Part shown: one piece after another, positions 1 through 9,487 of the stretch
Layout: each line of letters starts with the position of its first letter
How positions within the stretch are numbered: position 1 is the first letter of the stretch
Virus record (IMG/VR): IMGVR_UViG_3300032301_000652
Location: 1 to 25,062 of that record
Strand: one strand, 5' to 3'
From: a virus
Lineage: Duplodnaviria; Caudoviricetes
Length of the DNA stretch: 25,062 nt
Notes under the pieces: model-generated
The model's database searches: none
Told to the model about the DNA's origin: nothing
Seen by the model: only the letters and a program-made list of their open reading frames with translations
Made by a program: the position numbers and the translations under genes

Positions 1-1
1 C

Positions 2-895
2 CACAAGATATATGCTGGTAAGGAAAGAGAAACTGATTCCCAAGTTATTATCAGTACTTGGCAGTCCCTTTTTAAACTTCCCAAGCAGTATTTTTCCAGA
101 TTTAATGTAGTCGTAGGAGATGAAGCACACCAATTTAAATCCAAGTCATTAATATCTATAATGACGAAACTTTGTGATGCAAAATACCGTTTTGGATTCA
201 CCGGAACACTAGATGGGTCTCAAACTCATAAGTGGGTATTGGAAGGATTATTTGGGCCTTCATACAAGATTATCAATACAGATGAACTAATGCAAAAAGG
301 ACATCTTGCTAAATTAGATATTAAAATACTTCTAATGAAACACCCACCAAATAGGTTTGATATCTTTGAGGATGAGGTTCAATATATCATCAATCATCAA
401 AAGAGAAATAACTTTATCAAAAATCTTTCTCTAGATTTAAAGGGAAATACTCTTGTCTTATTTTCGAGAGTGGAAACTCACGGACAGCCTTTATATGAAC
501 TCATAAATAATAGTAAGGTTGATGATAGACATGTTTTCTTTGTCCATGGTGGTGTAGAAACTGAAGAACGGGAAAAAGTTAGAGAAATAACCGAAAAGGA
601 GAATAATGCAATCATCGTTGCTTCTTATGGCACCTTTTCTACTGGTGTTAATATTCGAAATCTTCACAATGTTATCTTTGCTTCTCCCAGTAAATCGAGA
701 ATCAGAAATCTTCAATCAATCGGTAGAGTTCTTAGAAAAAGTGAAAACAAAGTAAAAGCAACTCTATATGACATTGCCGATGATATCAGTTATAAGTCAA
801 GAAAGAATTATACATTAAATCATCTTATTGAGAGAATTAAAATTTATAATGAAGAAAATTTCAATTACGATATTGTTAACATACCACTAAAATGA
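2..895 (+). CDS. uvsW: UvsW SF2 DNA helicase (5'-partial)
   Basis: Frame is open from base 2 (HKIYAGKERET...ISTWQS...GDEAHQFKSKS) into the listed ORF; motifs GFTGTL, YGTFSTGVNI and QSIGRVLR; synteny upstream of gp55. Confidence 0.95.
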   Translation, partial: HKIYAGKERETDSQVIISTWQSLFKLPKQYFSRFNVVVGDEAHQFKSKSLISIMTKLCDAKYRFGFTGTLDGSQTHKWVLEGLFGPSYKIINTDELMQKGHLAKLDIKILLMKHPPNRFDIFEDEVQYIINHQKRNNFIKNLSLDLKGNTLVLFSRVETHGQPLYELINNSKVDDRHVFFVHGGVETEEREKVREITEKENNAIIVASYGTFSTGVNIRNLHNVIFASPSKSRIRNLQSIGRVLRKSENKVKATLYDIADDISYKSRKNYTLNHLIERIKIYNEENFNYDIVNIPLK

Positions 896-897
896 TA

Positions 898-1305
898 ATG
901 AGTGAAGAGTTTTATTGCATTTTAAAACTTATATCTGGAGAAGAAATTCTATCAATTATCATGGTAGATGAGAATGATGGTGATCCAATCATTATTCTTC
1001 AAAATCCTGTTGTAATGAAATCCGTCAGTAGTAATGGAAATGCCTATATGAAGATAAAACCTTGGATGGAACTATCTGATGAGGATATCTTTTTTATAAA
1101 GTTTGATAGAGTAATTACAATGACTGAAACTGCAAATAAGAAACTCATTACACTCTATCAACAATATTTAAATTATAATGATGACATCGATGTGTATAAA
1201 CCTTCAGGTGAAGTAAAGATATCTGAACAAAATGGTTACTTATCTTCAGTAGAGTCTGCTAGAAAGAATCTTGAAGAGTTATATAAAGGCCTTAAAGAAA
1301 GCTAA
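898..1305 (+). CDS. Conserved T4-like cyanophage hypothetical protein (possible Sm-like fold)
   Basis: ILKLISGEEI...NPVVM...KPWM pattern typical of the ORF between uvsW and gp55; start 892 or 898. Confidence 0.7.
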   Translation: MSEEFYCILKLISGEEILSIIMVDENDGDPIIILQNPVVMKSVSSNGNAYMKIKPWMELSDEDIFFIKFDRVITMTETANKKLITLYQQYLNYNDDIDVYKPSGEVKISEQNGYLSSVESARKNLEELYKGLKES

Positions 1306-1332
1306 GTTCTCATCTTCAACCGGGACAAACCT

Positions 1333-1361
1333 AGTCTATATGAATTTTTGATAGTTGTCAA
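1333..1361 (-). promoter_or_regulatory. Leftward sigma70-type promoter (antisense to upstream genes)
   Basis: Minus strand TTGACA (1361-1356), 17 nt, TAGACT (1338-1333). Confidence 0.55.
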
Positions 1362-1384
1362 GCCCCTTTAAAGTGTGCTATAAT
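1355..1384 (+). promoter_or_regulatory. sigma70-type promoter for gp55
   Basis: TTGTCA, 18 nt, TATAAT with extended -10 TG. Confidence 0.65.
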
Positions 1385-1417
1385 TAACTTAACTTATTAA
1401 TGGATAAATGAGACCCC

Positions 1418-1939
1418 ATGGCAAAAAAGAAATCGGAGCACTATGTAAACAATAAAGAATTACTGGAAGCAATGATATTGTATAGAAGTAAGGTAGATAT
1501 TGCTCGTGAAAAGTTCATTGAGAAATATGATATAAATCCACCAAAGTCTGGACCTTGGGAAGGAAAACCAAGAATTCCAAATTATCTTGGAGATTGTTTT
1601 CTGAAAATTGCTACTCACTTATCTTATAAACCCAATTTTGTTAATTATATGTTCCGTGAGGATATGATTTCTGACGGGATTGAGAATTGTGTTCAGTATA
1701 TTCATAACTTTAATCCAGAAAGGTCTCAGAATCCATTCGCATATTTTACTCAGATTATTCACTATGCATTTCTGCGTAGAATTCAAAAAGAAAAGAAACA
1801 ATTAGAAATTAAAAATAAAATCATTGAACGCACTGGATTTGATGAGGTTATGGTGATAGACGACAACTTGCTTTCTGGAAGCAATTCCGAGTATAATAGT
1901 ATGAAGGACAACATCCAGTACAGAAATAACAATCGATGA
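1418..1939 (+). CDS. gp55: Late transcription sigma factor gp55
   Basis: HYVNNKELL, KIATHLSYKPNF, EDMISDGIENC, NPFAYFTQIIHYAFLRRIQKEK. Confidence 0.96.
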   Translation: MAKKKSEHYVNNKELLEAMILYRSKVDIAREKFIEKYDINPPKSGPWEGKPRIPNYLGDCFLKIATHLSYKPNFVNYMFREDMISDGIENCVQYIHNFNPERSQNPFAYFTQIIHYAFLRRIQKEKKQLEIKNKIIERTGFDEVMVIDDNLLSGSNSEYNSMKDNIQYRNNNR

Positions 1940-2979
1940 CTAAAATTTGTGTAATTTCTGACACTCATTGGAGTGCTCGTAAAGCGTCTAAGCATTTGCA
2001 CGACTATTTCCAACTTTTTTACGATAATGTCTTCTTTCCTGCTCTAGAAGAGCACGGAGTAGAAACCGTCATTCATATGGGTGATGCTTTTGATAATCGT
2101 AAAAGTATTGATTTTTGGGGATTAGATTGGACAAGGAGGATTGTATTGGATCCTCTTAGGAATTATAATGTTCATATGATTGTAGGTAATCATGATAGTT
2201 TTCTTCGCAATTCTAACGAAATTAATGCCCCAGAACTTCTCCTAAAAGATTATCCAAATATCAAAACTTATAGTTCTCCAACAAATACAAAGGTTGAAGG
2301 AATTGATATGACATTTATTCCCTGGATTTGTAGTGAGAATCATGATGAAACCATGAATGTGATTAAGAAATCTAAAGCAAAGGTTGCAATGGGACATCTA
2401 GAACTTCAAGGTTTCCGTGTAAACAATACTCTAGTCATGGATGAGCACGGATTGGACTCAAATATTTTTTCAAAGTTTACAAAGGTATTTTCTGGACACT
2501 ATCACACTCGTTCCGATAATGGGAAGATTTTTTATCTTGGCAATCCTTACGAAATGTATTGGACGGATGTGAATGATACTCGGGGATTTCATATTTTTGA
2601 TACGGAAACTTTAGAGCACACACCAATCAATAATCCTTATAAATTATTTTACAATCTTTATTATGAAGATACTCCCTATCAAACATTTGATGCCAGCAAA
2701 TATGAGAATAAAATTGTAAAAATTATTGTACGGAAAAAATCTAAACCAAAAGATTTTGAAAAGTTTGTAGACAAATTATATACGGCAGGTATTCAAGATC
2801 TTAAAATCATTGAAAACTTTGAAATTCAGGAAAGTGAAGATTTTAGAATTGATGAGGAAGAAAATACCATTTCAATTCTAAATCGTTATATTGATGAGGC
2901 GGAAGTTCAATTTGATAAAAATATTATTAAGGGAATTCTTCAAAATCTTTATAAGGAGGCTTGCGAAGTAGCAGACTAA
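1936..2979 (+). CDS. gp47: Recombination endonuclease subunit gp47 (Mre11/SbcD-like)
   Basis: Metallophosphoesterase motifs SDTH, GDAFDNR, GNHD, GHYH; synteny. Confidence 0.96.
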   Translation: MTKICVISDTHWSARKASKHLHDYFQLFYDNVFFPALEEHGVETVIHMGDAFDNRKSIDFWGLDWTRRIVLDPLRNYNVHMIVGNHDSFLRNSNEINAPELLLKDYPNIKTYSSPTNTKVEGIDMTFIPWICSENHDETMNVIKKSKAKVAMGHLELQGFRVNNTLVMDEHGLDSNIFSKFTKVFSGHYHTRSDNGKIFYLGNPYEMYWTDVNDTRGFHIFDTETLEHTPINNPYKLFYNLYYEDTPYQTFDASKYENKIVKIIVRKKSKPKDFEKFVDKLYTAGIQDLKIIENFEIQESEDFRIDEEENTISILNRYIDEAEVQFDKNIIKGILQNLYKEACEVAD

Positions 2980-3245
2980 TGTTTCTTCTTACACTTAAAG
3001 ATAAAAAAGATGAAGGCGCATTTGCCGTTCAAGATAGGTATGGCGAAAAAGTTTTATTTCTTTTTGAAGAAGAGGATGATGCGACTCGCTATGCCTTGAT
3101 GCTAGAAGATCAAGAAGAAAAAGAAATGGAAGTCGTCGAAGTAGACGATGATCTTGCCATAAAGACTTGTAAGGTCTATAATTACAAGTATGCCGTGATT
3201 AAACCCGAAGACATCGTAATTCCTCCTAAGAATGATAACCTTTAA
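2979..3245 (+). CDS. Conserved hypothetical protein between gp47 and gp46
   Basis: ATG overlaps gp47 stop (TAATG); LFLFEEEDDATRYA motif; 88 aa. Confidence 0.75.
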   Translation: MFLLTLKDKKDEGAFAVQDRYGEKVLFLFEEEDDATRYALMLEDQEEKEMEVVEVDDDLAIKTCKVYNYKYAVIKPEDIVIPPKNDNL

Positions 3246-4947
3246 GAAAATCCGCTGGCGCAACTTTCTGAGCACTGGGCAGCAATTTACAGAAATTGAT
3301 TTCCAAAAAAATCAAACAAATTTAATTGTCGGAACAAATGGTGCTGGAAAATCAACTCTTCTAGATGCACTCACATTTGCCCTATTTAATAAAGCATTTC
3401 GTAAAATTAACAAAAATCAACTTTCTAATAGCACTAATGAAAAAGATTGTGTTGTTGAAGTTGAGTTTTCTATAAACAATAAAAATTATTTGGTTCGTCG
3501 TGGAATTAAACCAAATATTTTTGACATTGAAGTGAACGGCACACTTCTTCATAAAGAAGCAGATGACCGTGCCAATCAAAAAATTCTAGAAGAAAATATT
3601 TTAAAAGTCAATTACCGCAGTTTTACTCAAATTGTAATTCTAGGATCGAGTACCTTTGTTCCTTTTATGCAACTTACCACAACACATCGTCGAGAAGTGA
3701 TTGAAGACTTGTTGGATATTCGTATCTTTTCTTCAATGAATACTTTGATTAAAGATAAGATTCGTCAGCAGAAGGAACAGATTAAATCACTAGACCTTAA
3801 GAAAGAATCTCTCAAAGATAAAGTTCAAATGCAAAAGAACTTTATTGCGCAGTTGGAAAGTCGTGGAAAGGATAGTATAAGTTCTAATAAGAAAAAGATT
3901 ACTAATTTGATTGCTGAAGTTGATGCTTATATACTTCAAAATTCAACCACCGAAGAAAGTATCTTTGGGTATACCAAGGAACAAGAGGAAGTTATTGGTG
4001 CGACTGATAAACTGAGAAAGTTGGGAAATTTGAAAGGTAAATTATCTCAGAAAGTATCTACCATTACCAATGAGCACAAGTTCTTTACGGAAAATACAGT
4101 TTGTCCCACCTGCACTCAAACAATCGAGGAAGAGTTTCGGTTAAATAGAATTACTGACGCTCAAAATAGTGCTAAGGAACTTCAACAAGGTTATAAAGAT
4201 CTTGAAGAGACCATAAAACTAGAAGAAGAGAGAGAGCGTCAATTCATTGCTCTATCTAAGGAGATTACGAAACTCAACAATGACATTTCTCAAAACAATG
4301 CTAGAATTTCATCTAACCAACGACAGGTTAGGGATTTGGAAAGTGAAATTCAAACACTTACCGAACAGCTTGAAAACAAGAATACTGAGCATGAAAAGTT
4401 AGAGGAGTTTCAAACCAATCTTCAAAAAGTCTTTGAAGATCTGGGAACTAAAAAGGAAGAGATCGTTCATTATGATTTTGCATATTCTCTTCTCAAAGAT
4501 GATGGTGTAAAAACCAAAATTATCAAAAAATATCTTCCCTTCATTAATCAACAGGTGAATCGTTATTTGCAGATGATGGATTTTTATATCAATTTTGAAT
4601 TAGATTCTGAATTTAATGAGAGTATCAAGTCACCTATTCATGAGAACTTCTCTTATGCTTCTTTTAGTGAGGGTGAGAAGGCAAAAATTAACCTTGCTCT
4701 TGTATTTGCTTGGAGAGAAATTGCAAGAGTTAAGAACTCTGTAAATTGTAATATTCTTTTATTTGATGAGGTTTTTGACTCTTCTCTTGATAGTTTTGGA
4801 ACGGATGAGTTTCTTAAGATTATTCGTTATGTCATAAAGGATGCTAATATATTTGTGATTTCCCATAAATCTGGACTTGAGGACAAATTTGAAAGTGTCA
4901 CAAGGTTTGATAAGAAGGCAGGATTCTCATATAAAATAGAATCATAA
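3232..4947 (+). CDS. gp46: Recombination ATPase gp46 (Rad50/SbcC-like)
   Basis: Walker A GTNGAGKS, coiled coils, zinc hook CPTC, signature FSEGE, Walker B LLFDE. Confidence 0.97.
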   Translation: MITFKKIRWRNFLSTGQQFTEIDFQKNQTNLIVGTNGAGKSTLLDALTFALFNKAFRKINKNQLSNSTNEKDCVVEVEFSINNKNYLVRRGIKPNIFDIEVNGTLLHKEADDRANQKILEENILKVNYRSFTQIVILGSSTFVPFMQLTTTHRREVIEDLLDIRIFSSMNTLIKDKIRQQKEQIKSLDLKKESLKDKVQMQKNFIAQLESRGKDSISSNKKKITNLIAEVDAYILQNSTTEESIFGYTKEQEEVIGATDKLRKLGNLKGKLSQKVSTITNEHKFFTENTVCPTCTQTIEEEFRLNRITDAQNSAKELQQGYKDLEETIKLEEERERQFIALSKEITKLNNDISQNNARISSNQRQVRDLESEIQTLTEQLENKNTEHEKLEEFQTNLQKVFEDLGTKKEEIVHYDFAYSLLKDDGVKTKIIKKYLPFINQQVNRYLQMMDFYINFELDSEFNESIKSPIHENFSYASFSEGEKAKINLALVFAWREIARVKNSVNCNILLFDEVFDSSLDSFGTDEFLKIIRYVIKDANIFVISHKSGLEDKFESVTRFDKKAGFSYKIES

Positions 4948-4959
4948 CCAAATAGAACA

Positions 4960-5097
4960 ATGCAAGTCCCCAATCGCTACCATCATTCCAAGAAGGATCA
5001 GAAGCGGAAACTCAAACCGCAGGCACTCCGACAAGCAAAGGCCCGACTTAAGGCATTCAAGAATAAGCACTCTGAAAAGGGTGCTTCTTTTTTATAA
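4960..5097 (+). CDS. Small basic 45-aa protein (not in ORF track)
   Basis: Translated by hand: MQVPNRYHHSKKDQKRKLKPQALRQAKARLKAFKNKHSEKGASFL; resembles the small ORF I recall after gp46 in cyanomyoviruses. Confidence 0.7.
   Translation: MQVPNRYHHSKKDQKRKLKPQALRQAKARLKAFKNKHSEKGASFL
5065..5093 (+). terminator. Rho-independent terminator
   Basis: AAGCACTC-TGAAAA-GGGTGCTT followed by a T run. Confidence 0.75.
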
Positions 5098-5100
5098 ATA
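5093..5100 (+). promoter_or_regulatory. T4-type late promoter
   Basis: TATAAATA 20 nt before ORF 5121. Confidence 0.8.
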
Positions 5101-5120
5101 CTTAAAAAGTTTTTTGTAAA

Positions 5121-5894
5121 ATGAGAGATCAAGAAATTATCGGTCTTCAAGAAGCATATTTGGAAGTTTATGAAGAAGTTGATACAAGAAGAGCGCCAAA
5201 AGAGATGCTTGATAGATTGAATGCTTCTAGAGAAGGTCATATGGCACAGGATGGTCCTAATAAACCAGCATATGATGCTAAACAAAGACTTTTAAAAAAA
5301 GTACACAAAAAAAGAACTGAAATTTCTGAAGCACAAGAAGAGGGGAGAAGGGCAAGAAAAAGATATAAGAATGCTCCATCTTATGCTGAAGTAAAGGCAG
5401 GAATTGATGCCAAAGAAAATGCATCGGCAGAAAGAAAAGAAGCAAGATCTGCCACAAAAAAACCTTTAACTCCTGCAGAAAGGTATGAGCAAGAAAAGGC
5501 AGCGAGAAAAGATAAATCCGGCAGTTTTTCTCAGCATAGAATGTCTGGAAGTAGAGGTCATGGGTCAGAATATCAAAATACTCGCTCAATTCGTGAACAA
5601 CTTGTTTCATATCTTCTTGACGAAGGTTTTGCATCTGATGAGAAGTCTGCAGAGGCAATCATGGGCGCTATGAGTGAAGGTTGGAGAGATGTTATTTTAA
5701 CTGAAAAAACTAAAAAAACTGAAGTTGCTCCCGCAGCAAAAACTGCAGCAGATCGTGCTGAGCAGCAAAATGCAGTTGGTGCGGCAATTCAAGCAAATCC
5801 AAAAGCATTTGCAGATGCAGCGCGAAAGGAGGCTAAAGATCGTGCTAGAAGACGTAGAGAACATCTGGCAAAGGTAGACATGAATAATCCCTAA
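5121..5894 (+). CDS. Late modular charged protein (paralog of 8217..9344), possible virion internal protein
   Basis: Late promoter; motifs LQEAYLEVYEE, SYAEVKAGID and YLLDEGFA...IMGAMSEGWRDVILTE shared with the paralog. Confidence 0.7.
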   Translation: MRDQEIIGLQEAYLEVYEEVDTRRAPKEMLDRLNASREGHMAQDGPNKPAYDAKQRLLKKVHKKRTEISEAQEEGRRARKRYKNAPSYAEVKAGIDAKENASAERKEARSATKKPLTPAERYEQEKAARKDKSGSFSQHRMSGSRGHGSEYQNTRSIREQLVSYLLDEGFASDEKSAEAIMGAMSEGWRDVILTEKTKKTEVAPAAKTAADRAEQQNAVGAAIQANPKAFADAARKEAKDRARRRREHLAKVDMNNP

Positions 5895-5940
5895 AGTTAT
5901 GTTTTGATTGTCCTAGTGACGGATGGGTGTGGGGTAGGTG

Positions 5941-5996
5941 TCCAGTTGTAAAAGTGTCCTAGTGGGGGTCTTAATGGTCGTCTTGGGTACTATAAT
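5941..5996 (+). promoter_or_regulatory. Early-type promoter with upstream palindrome
   Basis: TCCAGTT-GTAA-AAGTGTC at 5941-5958; TATAAT at 5991; poor -35. Confidence 0.6.
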
Positions 5997-6019
5997 ACTC
6001 GCATATCACACAAATTCAA

Positions 6020-8182
6020 ATGACCGTCAATTACGAAATCAAAGGAATGCTTGCCAAACTTCTGGCGGAAGAAGATATTATAGTGGAGCATAAGAAAGTT
6101 GATACTGCTTGTTTTAATGTTCATACTCGTGTGCTTACACTTCCTATGTGGAAAGCGAGCAGTACTGTTGTGGATCTTCTTGTAGCACACGAAGTTGGGC
6201 ATTCAAGAGAAACCCCAAATTTTGATTGGACTAGAGAATGTAAAGTCCCAGCGACTTTTGTAAATATTTGTGAGGATGTGCGGGTAGAAAAACTGATGAA
6301 GCGTCGTTATGCTGGCCTCGCAAAGACTTTCTTTAGTGGTTATAAGGAACTTGCCGAACAAGACTTCTTTCAAATTGAAGATGAGAAAGTTGATGAGATG
6401 AATCTTGCCGACCGTGCCAATCTTTACTTTAAGATTGGTAACTTTGCTGATATCTTTATTGAACCTGGTGAAGAGACTGAGATCATTGATCTAATTGCCA
6501 ATTCAGAATCTTTTGCTGATGTTCTGATTGCTTCTGAGGTACTTTATAGGTATTGTAAGAAGAGGAAACAAGAAGAAACTAAAATCAATCTGGATTCTCA
6601 TGAAATTCCACAGTCTGGTGGAAATTCTCCTGCTTCCGATTTCTCAGATCAACCGGAAGGTGAGAATGATCAACCTGAAATGGAAGGTGGTGATGGTAGG
6701 AGTTCTGATCAAATTAGTGAACAGAAATCTCAAGAACAACAACAAAAACAAGAAGTTAAAGGTGAGAAGGGTGGTGAAACATCTGAACCTGAAGTCAAGA
6801 CTGTTGGTAATCTTGAAGAAGCACTCAAAGATCTTGTGAATCTGGATGGTTGGGAAAATGTTTATTTGGAGATTCCCAAATTGAATGTGAATCAAATCAT
6901 TGTAAATAATGCTGAGATTCACAATCAGTGCAAGCAATCTTGGGCATCATATCTAGATCATACTGAATATTCTCATGAAGAAATTTTTGGTGAGGTAGAT
7001 AAAGATTTTCGTGAGTTTAAGCGTTCGGCACAGAAGGAAGTTAATTATCTGGTAAAAGAGTTTGAGTGTCGTAAGGCAGCAGATTCTTATGCTCGTGCCA
7101 CAACCGCTCGTACAGGTGTTCTGGACTGTACCAAACTTCATACCTACAAATATAATGAAGACTTGTTCCGTAAGGTCACAACACTTGCAAACGGTAAGAA
7201 TCATGGTCTGGTGTTCGTTCTTGACTGGTCCGGATCAATGAGTCGTGTGATGTTGGACACCGTAAAACAACTTTTTAATTTGATTTGGTTCTGTAAGAAA
7301 GTCAATATTCCTTTTGAGGTTTATTCTTTCACAAATGATTATCCAATTGTTAAGTATGATGAGAATCATAAACCCATTATGCCTCAACCTTTGTATCAGA
7401 AAAAGGATGGTGTAATTCAAGTTATAGAATACTTCTCTTTGATGAATATGCTTACCAGTAAGACAAATGGTAAGACTCTGGAAGATCAAATGTTGAATAT
7501 CTATCGGATTGCCCGTAGTTTTAGTGATCAATATTATTGTCGTTATAGTGTTCCAGTTGGTTGGAATCTTTCAGGAACTCCTTTAAATGAAGCTTTAATT
7601 TCTCTTCATGAAATTCTTCCCACCTTTCAAAAAGAAAATAAATTGCAGAAAGTTCAGTGTGTAATTCTGACAGATGGTGAGGCAAATACTCCTAAGTATC
7701 ATAAAGAGTTTAGTCGTCGTCATTTAGAAGAACCTTATCTTGGTGTAAATTCGATTAGTAGTAACGCATTTCTTCGTGATCGTAAAACTGGAAATACATA
7801 TTCTTTGAATGTGGAATGGCATGGTTTTAGTGATATTCTTCTTCAAAATCTTCGGGATAAGTTTCCTACAGTCAATTTTATTGGTATGAGGATTCTGGAA
7901 TCTCGTGATACTTCACAGTTTATTCGCAGATATACTGGATATATTGGTACAGAATATGATAGAATTTTTTCTTCTTGGAAGAAAGAAAAGTCCTTTACTA
8001 TTAAAAACTCTGGATATCATACATATTTTGGAATTTCTGCTTCTGCTCTTGCAAATGATGTGGAGTTTGAGGTTGCCGAAGATGCCACTAAGACTCAAAT
8101 TAAATCTGCATTCATAAAGAGTTTGAAGAGTAAGAAAATGAACAAGAAAGTTCTTGGCGAATTTATAGAACTGGTTGCCTAA
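6020..8182 (+). CDS. Metallopeptidase-like plus vWA (CobT-like) protein, partner of the CobS-like AAA+
   Basis: HExxH (AHEVGH), acidic linker, MIDAS DWSGS...GTP...LTDGE. Confidence 0.85.
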   Translation: MTVNYEIKGMLAKLLAEEDIIVEHKKVDTACFNVHTRVLTLPMWKASSTVVDLLVAHEVGHSRETPNFDWTRECKVPATFVNICEDVRVEKLMKRRYAGLAKTFFSGYKELAEQDFFQIEDEKVDEMNLADRANLYFKIGNFADIFIEPGEETEIIDLIANSESFADVLIASEVLYRYCKKRKQEETKINLDSHEIPQSGGNSPASDFSDQPEGENDQPEMEGGDGRSSDQISEQKSQEQQQKQEVKGEKGGETSEPEVKTVGNLEEALKDLVNLDGWENVYLEIPKLNVNQIIVNNAEIHNQCKQSWASYLDHTEYSHEEIFGEVDKDFREFKRSAQKEVNYLVKEFECRKAADSYARATTARTGVLDCTKLHTYKYNEDLFRKVTTLANGKNHGLVFVLDWSGSMSRVMLDTVKQLFNLIWFCKKVNIPFEVYSFTNDYPIVKYDENHKPIMPQPLYQKKDGVIQVIEYFSLMNMLTSKTNGKTLEDQMLNIYRIARSFSDQYYCRYSVPVGWNLSGTPLNEALISLHEILPTFQKENKLQKVQCVILTDGEANTPKYHKEFSRRHLEEPYLGVNSISSNAFLRDRKTGNTYSLNVEWHGFSDILLQNLRDKFPTVNFIGMRILESRDTSQFIRRYTGYIGTEYDRIFSSWKKEKSFTIKNSGYHTYFGISASALANDVEFEVAEDATKTQIKSAFIKSLKSKKMNKKVLGEFIELVA

Positions 8183-8184
8183 TT

Positions 8185-8192
8185 TATAAATA
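8185..8192 (+). promoter_or_regulatory. T4-type late promoter
   Basis: TATAAATA upstream of ORF 8217. Confidence 0.8.
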
Positions 8193-8216
8193 AATCTAGG
8201 AAAGTATACTGGACTT

Positions 8217-9344
8217 ATGAATACCGAACAAATTAAAGACATGCAACTGCTTTATAGTGCAGTTTATAATGAAGAACTTAGAGAGCAGTTTGAGGAATAT
8301 AATAATACCATCTATGATGAGGATATTGTAGAAGTTGCCACCGAGTATTTCTATTCTTATGGTCTCAATGAAGATGGTATTAATATTCTGATTGAAAAGG
8401 TTGGTCTTGAGTCTTTTGTTGAGTATGTTTATGAGTTGTCGGAAGATCTTCATGTTCTTACTGAAGAAAGATCTGCGAAAAAAAGACCTGGTGGAAAATC
8501 TTATGATGAAGTGAAGGCAGAAATAGACGAAAGAGAGGCAAAGGCAAGAGCAAAGAAGGAAGCAAAGAAAAAGGTTGCTCAAGCAGCTTCTGATAAAAAG
8601 GAAACAGAAAGAAAAGAACCAGAATCCCGTGGCGTAGAAAGTCAGGCAAAGGCAGAGCAACCAAAATCAAAAAAACCTATAAAGGATGCAATTGCGCGTA
8701 ATATTTTCCGTGCAGTTGATGCTTATAAGGCAGGTATGGAGCGTCATAAGGCTGCTACCTCAATTGCTAGCGACACTACTAGACATGTTGCAAGAGAAAC
8801 TGGGGGATTATTGCGTACACTTGGAAATACTGCTCGCAAAGGTGCTGGAAAAGCAATCGATCATTTAACAACTCATGGATTGAAAGTTGCTAAAGAGGAA
8901 TTTAAGTTAGGGAAGAAAAAAACTCCGAAGGAAATAAAAAGATATATAACGGCTCTTCAAACACTACAAGGTAATAATCAAGAACCTACAACTCAATCCC
9001 AATCATCAGGAGAACCAACAAGAAGAAGGCGAACTAACTTGAAAGATGTTGAGGTTAGGGAAGACATTTATGACACCATCCTCTCACACCTGATTGATGA
9101 AGGTTATGCTGAGTCTGTAGAGCAGGCAGAAGTTATTATGGTGAATATGAGTGAAGAGTGGAGAGAGAGTATTATGGAAATGCCGTATCAAATATATGGA
9201 CCAGATCCAACTAAATCTAGTGATAGTCCAAAAATTCCTCTCGGAAAACCATATAAAAGTAAAAAGAGAGCAAAAACTAGAGCAGATAAATTGGATCTAG
9301 ATATTGGGGGATATCGCCATAGTGTTCACAAAACTCCAGATTGA
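8217..9344 (+). CDS. Late modular charged protein (paralog of 5121..5894), possible virion internal protein
   Basis: Late promoter; MQLLYSAVYNEE, SYDEVKAEID, HLIDEGYA...IMVNMSEEWRESIME. Confidence 0.7.
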   Translation: MNTEQIKDMQLLYSAVYNEELREQFEEYNNTIYDEDIVEVATEYFYSYGLNEDGINILIEKVGLESFVEYVYELSEDLHVLTEERSAKKRPGGKSYDEVKAEIDEREAKARAKKEAKKKVAQAASDKKETERKEPESRGVESQAKAEQPKSKKPIKDAIARNIFRAVDAYKAGMERHKAATSIASDTTRHVARETGGLLRTLGNTARKGAGKAIDHLTTHGLKVAKEEFKLGKKKTPKEIKRYITALQTLQGNNQEPTTQSQSSGEPTRRRRTNLKDVEVREDIYDTILSHLIDEGYAESVEQAEVIMVNMSEEWRESIMEMPYQIYGPDPTKSSDSPKIPLGKPYKSKKRAKTRADKLDLDIGGYRHSVHKTPD

Positions 9345-9373
9345 AATTAAAGTTTAGAATTTTGGTCGTTGAT

Positions 9374-9431
9374 GCCACTTTCCAAACCGTCACAAGGGGG
9401 CACTGACTGCCCCCTTTTTTAATGCTATAAT
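9374..9431 (+). promoter_or_regulatory. Early-type promoter with upstream palindrome
   Basis: GCCACTT-TCCA-AACCGTC at 9374-9391; CTGACT, 17 nt, TATAAT (9426). Confidence 0.6.
9394..9420 (+). terminator. Rho-independent terminator
   Basis: AAGGGGGCA-CTGAC-TGCCCCCTT plus T run. Confidence 0.85.
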
Positions 9432-9446
9432 AAACAGATGAAGACA

Positions 9447-9454
9447 TATAAATA
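9447..9454 (+). promoter_or_regulatory. T4-type late promoter for HNH gene
   Basis: TATAAATA enclosed by inverted repeat CAGATGA/TCATCTG. Confidence 0.7.
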
Positions 9455-9487
9455 ATATTATCATCTGCTTTATAAAACTTTATAAAA

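Noticed and set aside
1880-1939. gp55 lacks the T4 C-terminal clamp-binding peptide
   Set aside because: As I recall this is usual for cyanomyovirus gp55, so not specific to this window
5920-5938. G-quadruplex
   Set aside because: Only two-tier potential; no supporting evidence
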